Positions 30,445 through 40,022 of a DNA stretch of 64,000 bases are shown in pieces. Origin of the DNA: an uncultured Armatimonadetes bacterium (lineage in GTDB: Bacteria; Armatimonadota; UBA5829; DTJY01); contig OY970325.1 of the NCBI GenBank assembly GCA_963717145.1, forward strand, positions 608,001 to 672,000, read 5' to 3'. Positions within the stretch are counted from its first letter, which is position 1; each line of letters begins with the position of its first letter. The position numbers and the translations under genes were made by a program. The notes under the pieces were generated by a model. It made no database searches. It saw only the letters and a program-made list of their open reading frames with translations, and was not told the origin of the DNA.

Positions 30445-30546
30445 CCGCTGAGCATGACATCCCGTAGTGGCCGTGCCTCAGTGCCGGCCATGGGGTCGCA
30501 AGGCCGGCACTGAGGCACGGCCACTACGGGATGATGTGCTCAGCGG
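30445..30546. repeat. GTAG-type REP doublet, copy 2, with extended outer arms
   Basis: Same 29-bp arms as at 9071 plus CCGCTGAGCA/TGCTCAGCGG. Confidence 0.85.
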
Positions 30547-30588
30547 CATTATCGCATGTCAGGAGGCAAAGCGCAAGGTCAGGGTATC

Positions 30589-31200
30589 TCAGTGTGACGG
30601 CCGAAGTCGAAGCCCTGCGCTGCCGAGTGTAAGCACTCCTGCCGCCAGGGCCAGCAGACTCGACGGCTCAGGAACGGGCGGCACGGGGGGGTCTGCCGTG
30701 CAGATCGTCAGCTTTATGCTGGAGTTGTAGTAATGGCAATCCGGATCGAAGCCGATCCCGAATCTGCTGTTGTTCGACACGAATGAGTTGAGCGTAGGAA
30801 TCAGCCCGACAGCGCCGAGGTCGAAGGCAAGATCCTGCGCCCAGGTATTAGTGTCGGACCAGTTCGCGATCAATGGATTCCCGACCCAGTTATCCCCACC
30901 GCGCTGATCATCATTCCAGCGCCGGCAGCCGAGAGCCACATTATCCAACAGGTGGATGAACAGGTGATCGTTCGGCTCATTTTCCCAGTCGTTGATGCCC
31001 TTGATGGACAGCACAGCCCCGGTGATCTCCTGGCCGGCGGGAATCTGCCACTCGATACCCCAGGAGTAGTAGTAATAGTGATCGAGGTCCCACATATCAC
31101 GCCTGCTCGGAGTGAAAGAGTACGTGCCCGCCGCAACCGGCAGCACCACGACCACAAGCATGATTAGGGAAACAATGAAGACGTGACTTGCTCTAAACAT
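30589..31200 (-). CDS. PEP-CTERM sorting domain protein
   Basis: Signal peptide; C-terminal VPEPSSLLALAAGVLTLGSAGLRLR. Confidence 0.88.
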   Translation of the reverse strand: MFRASHVFIVSLIMLVVVVLPVAAGTYSFTPSRRDMWDLDHYYYYSWGIEWQIPAGQEITGAVLSIKGINDWENEPNDHLFIHLLDNVALGCRRWNDDQRGGDNWVGNPLIANWSDTNTWAQDLAFDLGAVGLIPTLNSFVSNNSRFGIGFDPDCHYYNSSIKLTICTADPPVPPVPEPSSLLALAAGVLTLGSAGLRLRPSH

Positions 31201-31353
31201 CTGAATTCTCCTTGGACGAAGCATTGGCCGCCTCATGGTCGGGCGGCTCAGCGGGGCAAATCGTGTCTGCCCTCTATGCCTGATAGACAAGGCAATGGTC
31301 AGAATGTCAACCAAGAAAATGAAAACTAGGCTCAATTGTCTACAAGTGAGGCA

Positions 31354-32889
31354 TTACTGGTTAGGCAGTATCTGCCACGAGAGGCGGTCGTATTGGCCGG
31401 TGGTGGGATAGAACGGAGGCGGATCGGTGGCCAGTCGCGGGTCATAGGAGTAGTTCTTGGCATAGCCGGTGACCATCTGCCCCGTTGACGAGTTGAATGT
31501 TCCTACGGGGCCTCTATCCTTCTGAATGATCCCGCCCAGTACCTTCAGCGTGCCCGTAGGCGTCTTGCTATCGTAGTTCTCGACGTAGAAGCTGCCACCG
31601 CTGGTGTTCTGCCCGCCCGCCAGGCACACCGCGTCGATCTCGAGATTCCGTGGAGCCGAGGACGATATGCGCAGGTCCTTGGAAACGAGGCCGAGTGTGC
31701 CCGCCAGAAGGTTGGCGGTGGCGGTCCTGTCCTGGGTCTTGTCCGGCCTGGTATTGTAAACGAGGTTGTCGGTGACCTTCATGTACTTGCCCGCATTCAC
31801 GTCATTGGCAATGGTCATTGCCGAACGGGCCCTGATGTCACCGCTCATCACCCAGTTGTCCGCCACAGTGCCCTTCAGCGATGTGATGTTGCCGGTGCAG
31901 TAGACGACTCCCGTGCCGAGGCATGCCGCGCTTGACACGCTGCCCGAGCCGAGGGGACCGGTTGACGTGACGGCTCCGGTGACCTTGTCGAAAGTGATGG
32001 CCGTTGTGTTCGATCCCTGGGTGACTGTGACAACCTGGTTGCCGAATCCGTTGACGGACAACTGCATGGCGGCATCGCCGCGGACGTAGACGCCCCCATT
32101 TGCTCCCGTGCGAAGGTACACGCCGGTAGTCGTGGGGTAGCCTCCGCTATTGCCCCACGCGGCATTCTTCTGTATGTCGGTCGAAGGGGGGAGCATGATC
32201 GGCGTAACATTGAGCTTGTAGCCTTTACTGCCGTCGAGGAATACCTTCTTGAACGTGGTTTCGTTCTGTGGCCGGCCCGGGGTATAGTTGATGGTCGGAC
32301 CGGACCCGGTTACCATGTCCAGGAAGATAGGCGCACTGGAACCGTTATAGTTGACATTGAAGTTGCTCCCATTGTAGTTATTGCTGTGGGCTGGCCCATC
32401 CACTCTCTCGCCGGCTTTCCACCAGATGGCTCCACCGCTGATACTGGAGACCTCCCTGTTGGTGAAGTATGCATACCGGCCGAAAGACGCCTGCTTGACT
32501 ACCAACTCGATCGTCTTAGTCGCGCCAAGCGCGTCGCCTACGCAAACGATGCGGTATGTCTTGAGGTAAGAGGTCGGGTTATCTGCGGCAGGGACGATGG
32601 TGACCGTGTACGTGCCGTCGTCCATGTCCTGAGGCCCGTCGAACGGATCGAACGGGTCCGCAGTGGAAGGCGGATATGCTTGGTCCTTCAGCCACATCGC
32701 TGCGATCTCCGCGCCGGATTCGGCGATGTTGAAGGCTGTCGCGCCCTCACGCTGTCTGCTGCACAGATGCAGCGAGTTGGCGGTAACCGTCAGCACGCCC
32801 ATCATCGCTGCTGTGACAATGAACATCATCACGACCGAGATGAGAAGGATGCTGCCGGATCTGTTGAGTCTTGGATGGAGTTTCTTCAT
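31354..32889 (-). CDS. PilX-like minor pilin with large C-terminal domain (DUF4900-like)
   Basis: RSG|SILLISVV, AFNIAESG, GYAKNYSYDPRL..PPPFYP. Confidence 0.75.
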   Translation of the reverse strand: MKKLHPRLNRSGSILLISVVMMFIVTAAMMGVLTVTANSLHLCSRQREGATAFNIAESGAEIAAMWLKDQAYPPSTADPFDPFDGPQDMDDGTYTVTIVPAADNPTSYLKTYRIVCVGDALGATKTIELVVKQASFGRYAYFTNREVSSISGGAIWWKAGERVDGPAHSNNYNGSNFNVNYNGSSAPIFLDMVTGSGPTINYTPGRPQNETTFKKVFLDGSKGYKLNVTPIMLPPSTDIQKNAAWGNSGGYPTTTGVYLRTGANGGVYVRGDAAMQLSVNGFGNQVVTVTQGSNTTAITFDKVTGAVTSTGPLGSGSVSSAACLGTGVVYCTGNITSLKGTVADNWVMSGDIRARSAMTIANDVNAGKYMKVTDNLVYNTRPDKTQDRTATANLLAGTLGLVSKDLRISSSAPRNLEIDAVCLAGGQNTSGGSFYVENYDSKTPTGTLKVLGGIIQKDRGPVGTFNSSTGQMVTGYAKNYSYDPRLATDPPPFYPTTGQYDRLSWQILPNQ

Positions 32890-32890
32890 G

Positions 32891-33460
32891 TCAATAGTTC
32901 CTGAGGTAGACGACACGCTGCGTAAGCTGCGTCTCCTTCGGCCCGCTTGCCGCTTGGTTCAGAGCAACTATGGTGATCCGCACGGAGCGTGATGTATCCT
33001 GCTGGAACAGCAGCTCCGAGATGTCTTTCTTCAACACTTCGCTGGTGCCGTCGGCTCTGACTCGGTACAGCCAGGTGCCATTACTCGTGGGACTGCCGGT
33101 TGAGTCTGAAAGGTAGTAGTCTATCTGCTTGGCTGCGTCAGTCGTATGGCGATCGTAGTATTCCTCGCCCTCCACCAGTCCCGGGAAGCCTACGCTCAAT
33201 CTCGGCCCCGGCCCCTCAGTGACCAGCAGTCCCGATTTGGTCTGTATGGTTACTGTCTTCGCCTCACGGACATCGCTTACAATCTTCTGCATCGCCAAGA
33301 CTGCGTTCGAGTCCGTGAACGTCTGTGTGGTCGTGTTGTCGAAGCATCCGACGGCTCCAAGCATGATCGACACCGCGCCGAAGCCGACGAGGGTCATGAC
33401 GCCGGCAACCACGAGAACCTCAATCATGGAAAATCCCGATCGATTGTCGAGCAAACGCAT
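32891..33460 (-). CDS. Prepilin-type protein (PilW-like)
   Basis: GF|SMIEVLVV, IVSDVREA, terminal VYLRN. Confidence 0.8.
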   Translation of the reverse strand: MRLLDNRSGFSMIEVLVVAGVMTLVGFGAVSIMLGAVGCFDNTTTQTFTDSNAVLAMQKIVSDVREAKTVTIQTKSGLLVTEGPGPRLSVGFPGLVEGEEYYDRHTTDAAKQIDYYLSDSTGSPTSNGTWLYRVRADGTSEVLKKDISELLFQQDTSRSVRITIVALNQAASGPKETQLTQRVVYLRNY

Positions 33461-33466
33461 GGCGAA

Positions 33467-33946
33467 CTACTCCATATTCGTAACGATGGCAGACAGGCTC
33501 ATCGAACTGGTCTTAGCCTCGTAGGTTGTGTTTTGCCAGGTGACTGTGGCCGTGATCCTCAGCCTGTTGGTTCCGGCATCGGTCACATTTACGGTTGCTG
33601 TGGGCTGAGGCAGGCAACTGGCAACCTCGTCAACGCCCACGAACGAGTATGGCAGAGAGGTCGGGTTGCCATCGATTATTTCCGCGTCGAAGAGTTCGTC
33701 GTAGGTTATGCGGCCATAGCCCACAGCCCGGCACTGATCGATCTTGTGCTGACACAGGCTGATTGCCTGTGAATATTGGCCATTCACCGCCGCCGCCTTC
33801 CGTGCCGCAGGCACACAGGCTGCAAAGATGAGTGTCAGCGCGACCAGGACGGTCAGCGATATCATCACCTCGATGAGGGTGAATCCATGATTATCGGTGC
33901 GTTGGTTCACGGTTGTCTCCGTTGTGAGCACTCTTCCATCCCACAT
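33467..33946 (-). CDS. Prepilin-type protein (PilV-like); true start may be slightly downstream
   Basis: GF|TLIEVMISL, ITATVTW. Confidence 0.8.
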   Translation of the reverse strand: MWDGRVLTTETTVNQRTDNHGFTLIEVMISLTVLVALTLIFAACVPAARKAAAVNGQYSQAISLCQHKIDQCRAVGYGRITYDELFDAEIIDGNPTSLPYSFVGVDEVASCLPQPTATVNVTDAGTNRLRITATVTWQNTTYEAKTSSMSLSAIVTNME

Positions 33947-34054
33947 ATGATTGTTCCACAGAGCTCGCGCTGGGAAGAGACAGTAGTGTTACCAGAATTA
34001 TCGGCAACATGAGGCTGGGCATGGAGAGTGGGAAACCACGGGAGGCACAACGAA

Positions 34055-34084
34055 GAAGCCCCGGCGGGAATCCACCGGGGCTTC
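34055..34084 (-). terminator. Probable terminator downstream of transketolase
   Basis: GAAGCCCCGG / CCGGGGCTTC stem followed by TTCGTTGT on the minus strand. Confidence 0.55.
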
Positions 34085-34156
34085 GTGCGGCTTAGTTAGG
34101 GTATCGGTCGGTAGCCTAGCCCTTCATGGGCGTTCGAACGGGGACAAGCCCCTGGG

Positions 34157-36151
34157 CTACGTGCCGAGGACCTCTCGAGCCTTCGATGCGACGTGCTCGG
34201 CGGTCAGGCCGAAGACCTGCATCAACTCCCACGGCTGGCCGGACTCGCCGAAGCGGTCCTGGACGCCGATCATATCGAAGGCGACGGGCTTCTTCGCGCC
34301 CTTGAGGATCGCGCTCGCGATGATGTTGCCGAATCCGCCGACCTGGTGCTCCTCGGCCGTCACGACCGCGCCGCACTCCTCGGCGGCCTTGACGATTGCT
34401 TCGACATCGAGCGGCTTCACTGTATGAACATTCAACACGCGGGTCTCGATGCCGAACTCCTCCTTGAGGATGTACGCCGCTCTCATCGCCTCGGGGACCA
34501 TCGGTCCGCAGGCTATGATCGCAAGCTGCTCGCCCTCACCCGTGTAATCGGAAGCGAGAACGGTCTCGAACGCATCGATGAAACGGTCCTTCGCGCCACG
34601 GTAGCGAATCACGTTCGCCTTGCCGAACACGAACGGCGTCTCATCCGTCGAGATGATCGGGGTCGCCTCCCGCGCATATCTCAGGTACACCGGGCCGACG
34701 ATCTGGTTGATGGCGACGCAGGTCGCCTTGTGCGTCTCGACGCTGTCTGCCGGTACGATCAGGTTCATGTTCGGCAGGATCGCCATCAGACTGATCTCCT
34801 CGAGCGCCTGATGGGTCGCGCCGTCGGGGCCGACCGAGATTCCGCCGTGCGCGCCGGCGATCTTGACGTTGAGATTCGCATAGCAGATCGTCGTGCGGAT
34901 CTGGTCCCACGCGCGACCGGCCGCGAAGACGCCGTATGTGCCGGTGATAGGGATCTTGCCCTCCTTCGCCAATCCGCCCGCGACCGCCATCATATTCTGT
35001 TCGGCGATCCCGACGCTGAATACCCGGCCCAGGCGCTCGGGGTTCTTTTTCTCGAAGTCGGCGATGCAGATCGAGTTCGAGATATCGGCGTGCAGAGTCA
35101 CGACCCGCTCATCCTGGCCGCACATGCAGAGGCTGCGGCCGAACCCCATGCGGGTCGGGTCCATTTCCGCCTTCATGCGGTCCTCAGCGTTCCACCAGTA
35201 GTCGCGAGAGAAGGTCGGGACGCTTGACTTCGCCTTCTTCGTGGCGTCAGTGGCCCAGCCATGTGCGTAGTCGAGCAGCTTGTTGAGCCGCTCCTGGCCG
35301 ATGGTTTCGGGCAGGATCTCGCCCATTGCGGCATCGAACTGCTCTTTCTTCGGTGCGAGTCCATGCCAGCCGCCCTGGTCTTCCATGAAAGAAACGCCCC
35401 GGCCCTTGATGGTGGCCGCGATGACGACGGTCGGCTTGCCCTTGACCGTCCTGGCTTGATCGAACGCTTCCGCGATCTGCTTGATGTTGTGCCCGTCGAT
35501 CTCGATCACGTTCCATCCGAACGCCCGATACTTGTCGGCGATCGGCTCGACGTTCATGACGTCCTTCGTCCAGCCGTCGATCTGGAGTCTGTTGTTGTCA
35601 ACGATCGCGCAGAGGTTGTCGAGTTCGAACTGTGCGGCGGACATGGCTGCTTCCCAGACGCTGCCCTCCTGCTGCTCACCGTCGCCCATGATGCAGTAGA
35701 CCCGATGCTGGTCGCCGTCGATCTTTGCCGCAAGTGCGGCCCCCACCGAGATGCCGAGGCCCTGTCCGAGCGATCCGCTCGACATTTCGACCCCGGGCAA
35801 TTCCAGCCAGTTCGGATGCCCCTGGCACGGGCTTCCGAGCTGTCGAAGGCACATTGCGTCCTCCATCGGGAAGTATCCGGCCCTCGCGAGGGCGACATAC
35901 ATGGCAGGCGCCTTGTGGCCAGCCGACCAGAAGAGCCTGTCACGGCCCTCCCAGTTGGGGTCCTCCGGCTTGTTGTTCATCGTATGGAAGTAGAGAACGG
36001 TCTCGATGTCTATGATTGAGAGGGTGCCGCCCGGATGGCCGGTGGTCGCCGCATATATGGAGGCCAGATCGAGTGTTCGGAGTTCCTGCGCGATCTGCTC
36101 GAGCCGCGCGATCTCCTGGTCGCCGATTGCCTCTCTGTCTTTGGTATCCAT
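34157..36151 (-). CDS. tkt: Transketolase (N- and C-terminal halves in one ORF)
   Basis: GHPGG, SAGH, GSLGQG, GDGEQQEG, GIAEQNM, GPDGATHQ, AEEH. Confidence 0.92.
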   Translation of the reverse strand: MDTKDREAIGDQEIARLEQIAQELRTLDLASIYAATTGHPGGTLSIIDIETVLYFHTMNNKPEDPNWEGRDRLFWSAGHKAPAMYVALARAGYFPMEDAMCLRQLGSPCQGHPNWLELPGVEMSSGSLGQGLGISVGAALAAKIDGDQHRVYCIMGDGEQQEGSVWEAAMSAAQFELDNLCAIVDNNRLQIDGWTKDVMNVEPIADKYRAFGWNVIEIDGHNIKQIAEAFDQARTVKGKPTVVIAATIKGRGVSFMEDQGGWHGLAPKKEQFDAAMGEILPETIGQERLNKLLDYAHGWATDATKKAKSSVPTFSRDYWWNAEDRMKAEMDPTRMGFGRSLCMCGQDERVVTLHADISNSICIADFEKKNPERLGRVFSVGIAEQNMMAVAGGLAKEGKIPITGTYGVFAAGRAWDQIRTTICYANLNVKIAGAHGGISVGPDGATHQALEEISLMAILPNMNLIVPADSVETHKATCVAINQIVGPVYLRYAREATPIISTDETPFVFGKANVIRYRGAKDRFIDAFETVLASDYTGEGEQLAIIACGPMVPEAMRAAYILKEEFGIETRVLNVHTVKPLDVEAIVKAAEECGAVVTAEEHQVGGFGNIIASAILKGAKKPVAFDMIGVQDRFGESGQPWELMQVFGLTAEHVASKAREVLGT

Positions 36152-36228
36152 GTGTCCTCCTTGGTGTGTTCGTGCGAGGTAAACCAGCGATACTCTAACA
36201 CTCAGACCAACGCTTGTCAACGCCGACA

Positions 36229-36315
36229 CTCACCCCCGTGGATGCTGAATCAAGTTCAGCATGACGTATCGCGCTGGCGTCATGCTGAACTTGATTCAGC
36301 ATCCACGGGGGTGAG
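36229..36315. repeat. CGTCATGCTGAAC-type palindromic element, copy 1
   Basis: Perfect 38-bp arms, each with inner palindrome GCTGAA-n5-TTCAGC. Confidence 0.88.
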
Positions 36316-36337
36316 GGTTCTCCCTCTTGCATCGCAT

Positions 36338-36366
36338 TTGACACGCGCGCGGGGAGTTGGTACTCT
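36338..36366 (+). promoter_or_regulatory. sigma70 promoter giving a probably leaderless mRNA
   Basis: TTGACA-17 bp-TACTCT, then ATG 6 nt later with no SD. Confidence 0.65.
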
Positions 36367-36372
36367 GTCGCT

Positions 36373-37404
36373 ATGAGTTACGAGATCGGTATGCAGGCGA
36401 TCAACCTCGAAATGCCGGAGCGGGTGGGGCACACGGAGTACTGCTCACATCCCTTACTCGCAAAGGCGATCACGGGCGTCGATCCGCGCGAGGATACGAA
36501 CGGCTGGCGGCTGTTCAACGATGCGCTAGGGATCGATCTGGTCTGGAGCACGAACGACGGCCCGGGATGGAGCGGTCGCACCACGAACATGGGCCATGCG
36601 GTCTTCCAGCAGGACGGCACCGACTTCGACGCGAACATCCGGTGTCCATTCGAATCGCCGGAGGAGGTCCTGAGCTTCGATCCGGTCGCCGAGTACGGGA
36701 TCCCTGATATCGAAGAGCGCGCGGCGTTCTTCGAGCAGTCGTACCGATCGGGGCAGCAGGCGAATCCGAACCAGGTCTTCACCGGCGGATACTACAAGAC
36801 GATCTTCTCAGCGTGCATCCAGGCGTTCGGGTGGGATATGTTCCTCTCCGCAGCGGCTCTGGACTACGATCGCTTCGATCGTGTCGTGGAGGGCTTTTTC
36901 GAGATATCGCTGGCGAATTTCCGGGCGTGGGCGAAGACCTCCGCGCCGGTGTTCATCTGCCACGATGACATCGTCTGGACCGCCGGCGCGGTCTTTCATC
37001 CAGAGTGGTATCGGAAGTACGTCTTCCCTCGCTACAAGCGGCTCTGGTCGGTGCTCAGGGATGCGGGGAAGAAGATCCTCTTCTGCTCGGACGGTGACTT
37101 CACGGAGTTCGTTGATGATATCGCCGATGCCGGCGCTGATGGGTTCATCTTCGAGCCGCTCACCAGCTTGGAGCGCATTGTCGAGCGATACGGTCAGACC
37201 AAGGCGATCATCGGCAACGTGGACACGCGCGTCCTTACGTTTGGCGACAAAGACGGGATCAAGCGGGAAGTCGAGCGTGTGATGGCGCTGGGGAAGCCGT
37301 GCCCCGGTTTCTTCATAGCGGTGGGAAACCACATCCCTCACAACGTCCCGATCGAGAACGCGCTCTACTATTTCGACCTCGTGGAGAAGCTGGGAAGACG
37401 CTGA
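36373..37404 (+). CDS. URO-D / MtaA-CmuA superfamily protein
   Basis: HDDIVW, FCSDGDF, IGNVD, GFFIAVGNHIPHNVPIEN. Confidence 0.8.
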   Translation: MSYEIGMQAINLEMPERVGHTEYCSHPLLAKAITGVDPREDTNGWRLFNDALGIDLVWSTNDGPGWSGRTTNMGHAVFQQDGTDFDANIRCPFESPEEVLSFDPVAEYGIPDIEERAAFFEQSYRSGQQANPNQVFTGGYYKTIFSACIQAFGWDMFLSAAALDYDRFDRVVEGFFEISLANFRAWAKTSAPVFICHDDIVWTAGAVFHPEWYRKYVFPRYKRLWSVLRDAGKKILFCSDGDFTEFVDDIADAGADGFIFEPLTSLERIVERYGQTKAIIGNVDTRVLTFGDKDGIKREVERVMALGKPCPGFFIAVGNHIPHNVPIENALYYFDLVEKLGRR

Positions 37405-37641
37405 ACCGCCTCTCTGCGATCTACGCCTCTCCTTACGAAGGAAAGGCCGGCCAGCAGGCCGGGGGAGGTTTGCTTGGCGATCTTGGCGTCTTGGCGGTTC
37501 CATCTCAGTGGCCAGGGCGCAGAAACCCCCTCGGCCCAGAGGCCGGTCCCCTTTCGTACGGGGGACATCTTATGAAGGATTGGCACGGCTGGACGGCGAA
37601 TTCTTGGAGTGACTGATCCTCGATGACCTCGGAGGAAATGC

Positions 37642-38322
37642 ATGAAGATACTGCTCGCGGCGCTATGTGCGCTGACCCTCGCTGCGGCCTCACAGCCGGT
37701 GCTCGTCTGGTCGCCTCATGATTGGTACCGCTACCAGGGCACAGCGGATCCGGGAAAGGGCGATCCGTACGATTCTTCGCCCAACCAGGAGTCGAACTGC
37801 GGGCCGAGTTGTGTCGCCATGTGTGTCCAGTACACGACGGGGCGATGGGTTCCGATGGATCAGGCTGGCGGAAAAGACAACGTCCGCTTCGCGATGATGG
37901 GACGCAACGAGAACGAGGGCTGCGACTGGCCGCAGGTCGAAAAGGCGCTGAAGCATTGGAACGTACCCTACCGATGGATACACAAGGCTGACGGCATCAG
38001 AGAGGCCGTGCGGAAAGGTCACCCGGTCATGGCGATGGTCCAGTGCTCGGAGCTTTCGAAGCCCAAGTCGCGAGACTCGAAGGTTGGCCGTTACTACGAG
38101 TTTCAGTGGGGTCACCTGTTGATGGTCCGCGGGATGTCGAAAAACAGCGACTACTTCGTCTGCTACGATCCGCAGGTCTTCGTCGAGAAGCCTGAGCATT
38201 GGACGAAAGCCGGCGAGCCCCGAGGCAAGGACGTGCTCTACCCGGCGAGCCAGTTCGAGGACGCCTGCGTGACCAAGCTCGGGGAGAACTTCCCCGCGAT
38301 AGAGATCCTCAAGAGCTACTAG
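37642..38322 (+). CDS. Secreted peptidase C39-like protein
   Basis: Signal peptide; NCGPSCVAM (Cys), GHLLMVRG (His), YDP (Asp). Confidence 0.75.
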   Translation: MKILLAALCALTLAAASQPVLVWSPHDWYRYQGTADPGKGDPYDSSPNQESNCGPSCVAMCVQYTTGRWVPMDQAGGKDNVRFAMMGRNENEGCDWPQVEKALKHWNVPYRWIHKADGIREAVRKGHPVMAMVQCSELSKPKSRDSKVGRYYEFQWGHLLMVRGMSKNSDYFVCYDPQVFVEKPEHWTKAGEPRGKDVLYPASQFEDACVTKLGENFPAIEILKSY

Positions 38323-38331
38323 CCCACATGG

Positions 38332-38442
38332 CGTAGTGGCCGCGCCTCCGTGCCGGCCATGCACCCGGAGAGGCCGGCACAGAGGCGCGGCCACTACAGA
38401 TGCAGAACCCGGAGAGGCCGGCACAGAGGCGCGGCCACTACG
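38332..38442. repeat. GTAG-type REP element, copy 3 (one left arm, two right arms)
   Basis: CGTAGTGGCCGCGCCTCCGTGCCGGCC then ACCCGGAGAGGCCGGCACAGAGGCGCGGCCACTAC twice. Confidence 0.85.
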
Positions 38443-38458
38443 GATGGAGGTGCGCAGA

Positions 38459-39370
38459 GTGTCAGATATCGTCACAAGATTCCCGGGCAACCCGATCATC
38501 ACCCCGGCGATGATCCCCGGCGCAAATGCCGTGTTCAACAGCTCCGTCGTGCCCTTCGAGGGCCGGTACGCCGCCGTCCTCCGCGTCGAGAGCAGACAGG
38601 GCTATCAGACGATGCGCCGCGCGTGGAGTGCTGACGGCATCCACTTCGATGTCGATCCCGATCCGATCCTCGCGCCCACGGAGGAGCCGTTCCTTACCTA
38701 CGAGGAGGCGATCTACGATCCGCGGATCACGAGGATCGAGGACACATACTACATCTGCTATGCAGCCGAGAACCGTTATGGCTGCCAGATCTCGGTGAGT
38801 AAGACAACCGATTTTCGCACGTTCGAGAAGGTCGCCATCGCCTCAGAGCCGACCAACCGCAATATGGTGCTCTTCCCGGAGAAGATCGACGGCCTGTATG
38901 TGCGCCTCGATCGACCGTTCCAGCAAGGGGGGCAGGGGCACACCTGGATCTCTTACTCCCCCGACCTGGTGTTCTGGGGCAAGTCGAAGTGCGTAATGGA
39001 GAGTCGTCGGTTCGCATGGGACCAGGGGAAGATCGGTCCCGGCGCACCGCCGATCAGGACTCCCGAGGGCTGGCTCGTGATCTATCACGGCACGACCCCT
39101 CGCTGCAACGGGCTGATCTACAAGGCCGGTGTTGCGCTCCTGGACCTGGACGATCCGTCGAAGGTCATCGCTAGGGGCAAAGAGTACATCATGGCTCCGA
39201 GCGAGGAATATGAGCGGAACGGGGATGTCCCGAACGTCGTCTTCGTTACTGCGGCGATCCCCGATTTCGAGAAGGATGAGATTCGACTTTACTATGGCGC
39301 TGCGGATACCTGCTTCTGTCTCGCCACCGCCAGGATCAGCGATCTCATAGAATTCGCTCGCAAAAGGTAG
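38459..39370 (+). CDS. GH130 family glycoside phosphorylase/hydrolase
   Basis: RFPGNPII, AVFNS, YDPRIT, NRNMVLFPEKI, KIGPGAPP, GDVPNVVF, YYGAAD. Confidence 0.9.
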   Translation: MSDIVTRFPGNPIITPAMIPGANAVFNSSVVPFEGRYAAVLRVESRQGYQTMRRAWSADGIHFDVDPDPILAPTEEPFLTYEEAIYDPRITRIEDTYYICYAAENRYGCQISVSKTTDFRTFEKVAIASEPTNRNMVLFPEKIDGLYVRLDRPFQQGGQGHTWISYSPDLVFWGKSKCVMESRRFAWDQGKIGPGAPPIRTPEGWLVIYHGTTPRCNGLIYKAGVALLDLDDPSKVIARGKEYIMAPSEEYERNGDVPNVVFVTAAIPDFEKDEIRLYYGAADTCFCLATARISDLIEFARKR

Positions 39371-39460
39371 AAGAGGTGTTGCCTTAACCGCCTGTAGATG
39401 CTATTATCAAGCATAGTGCGATGAACTCAGGTTGACCTCGCAGGAAAGGAACACTTGCTG

Positions 39461-40003
39461 ATGAAGAAGTATCTCCCCATTCTCCTGGTCGTGCTGCTCC
39501 TCGTGATCGGAATGGTATACAGCGCGATGATGAAGCGGTCGGGTGGAGACAGCCATGACCACGAAGCGGAGTCGGTGGAAGAAGCACCGGCATCGGACAA
39601 TGCCGGATCGGATTCTGCACTCGTAGTGAAGGAGAACGCAGCCGCGTTCGACTCTGACAAGGTAGTGACCACCCCTTCGGGGCTCAGATACGTCGACATC
39701 AAGGCGGGTACCGGAGCAGCTCCTCGGAAGGGCCAGACAGTGATCGTGCATTACACCGGATGGCTCATCGACGGCACGGAGTTCGACAGCTCGCTGAATC
39801 GTGGCGAGCCGTTTACGTTTGTATTGCAGGCGACACCCCCGAATGTCATCGGCGGATGGGATGAGGGTGTCGCCACAATGAAAGTCGGCGGCAAGCGCAA
39901 GCTGATGGTGCCACCGCAGTTGGCTTACGGCGAGCGGGGGCAAAGTTCTATTCCTCCAAACGCCACGCTCATATTCGATGTCGAGTTACTGGAAATAAAG
40001 TAG
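39461..40003 (+). CDS. FKBP-type peptidyl-prolyl isomerase, membrane-anchored
   Basis: [38 protein letters not shown]. Confidence 0.93.
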   Translation: MKKYLPILLVVLLLVIGMVYSAMMKRSGGDSHDHEAESVEEAPASDNAGSDSALVVKENAAAFDSDKVVTTPSGLRYVDIKAGTGAAPRKGQTVIVHYTGWLIDGTEFDSSLNRGEPFTFVLQATPPNVIGGWDEGVATMKVGGKRKLMVPPQLAYGERGQSSIPPNATLIFDVELLEIK

Positions 40004-40022
40004 TTAAGAGGCTGAAAATAGC

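Noticed and set aside
37403-37567. (CTTGGCG)x3 plus small hairpins after the URO-D-like gene
   Set aside because: Looks like degenerate half-elements of repeat families; partner arm only 8 bp, so not called
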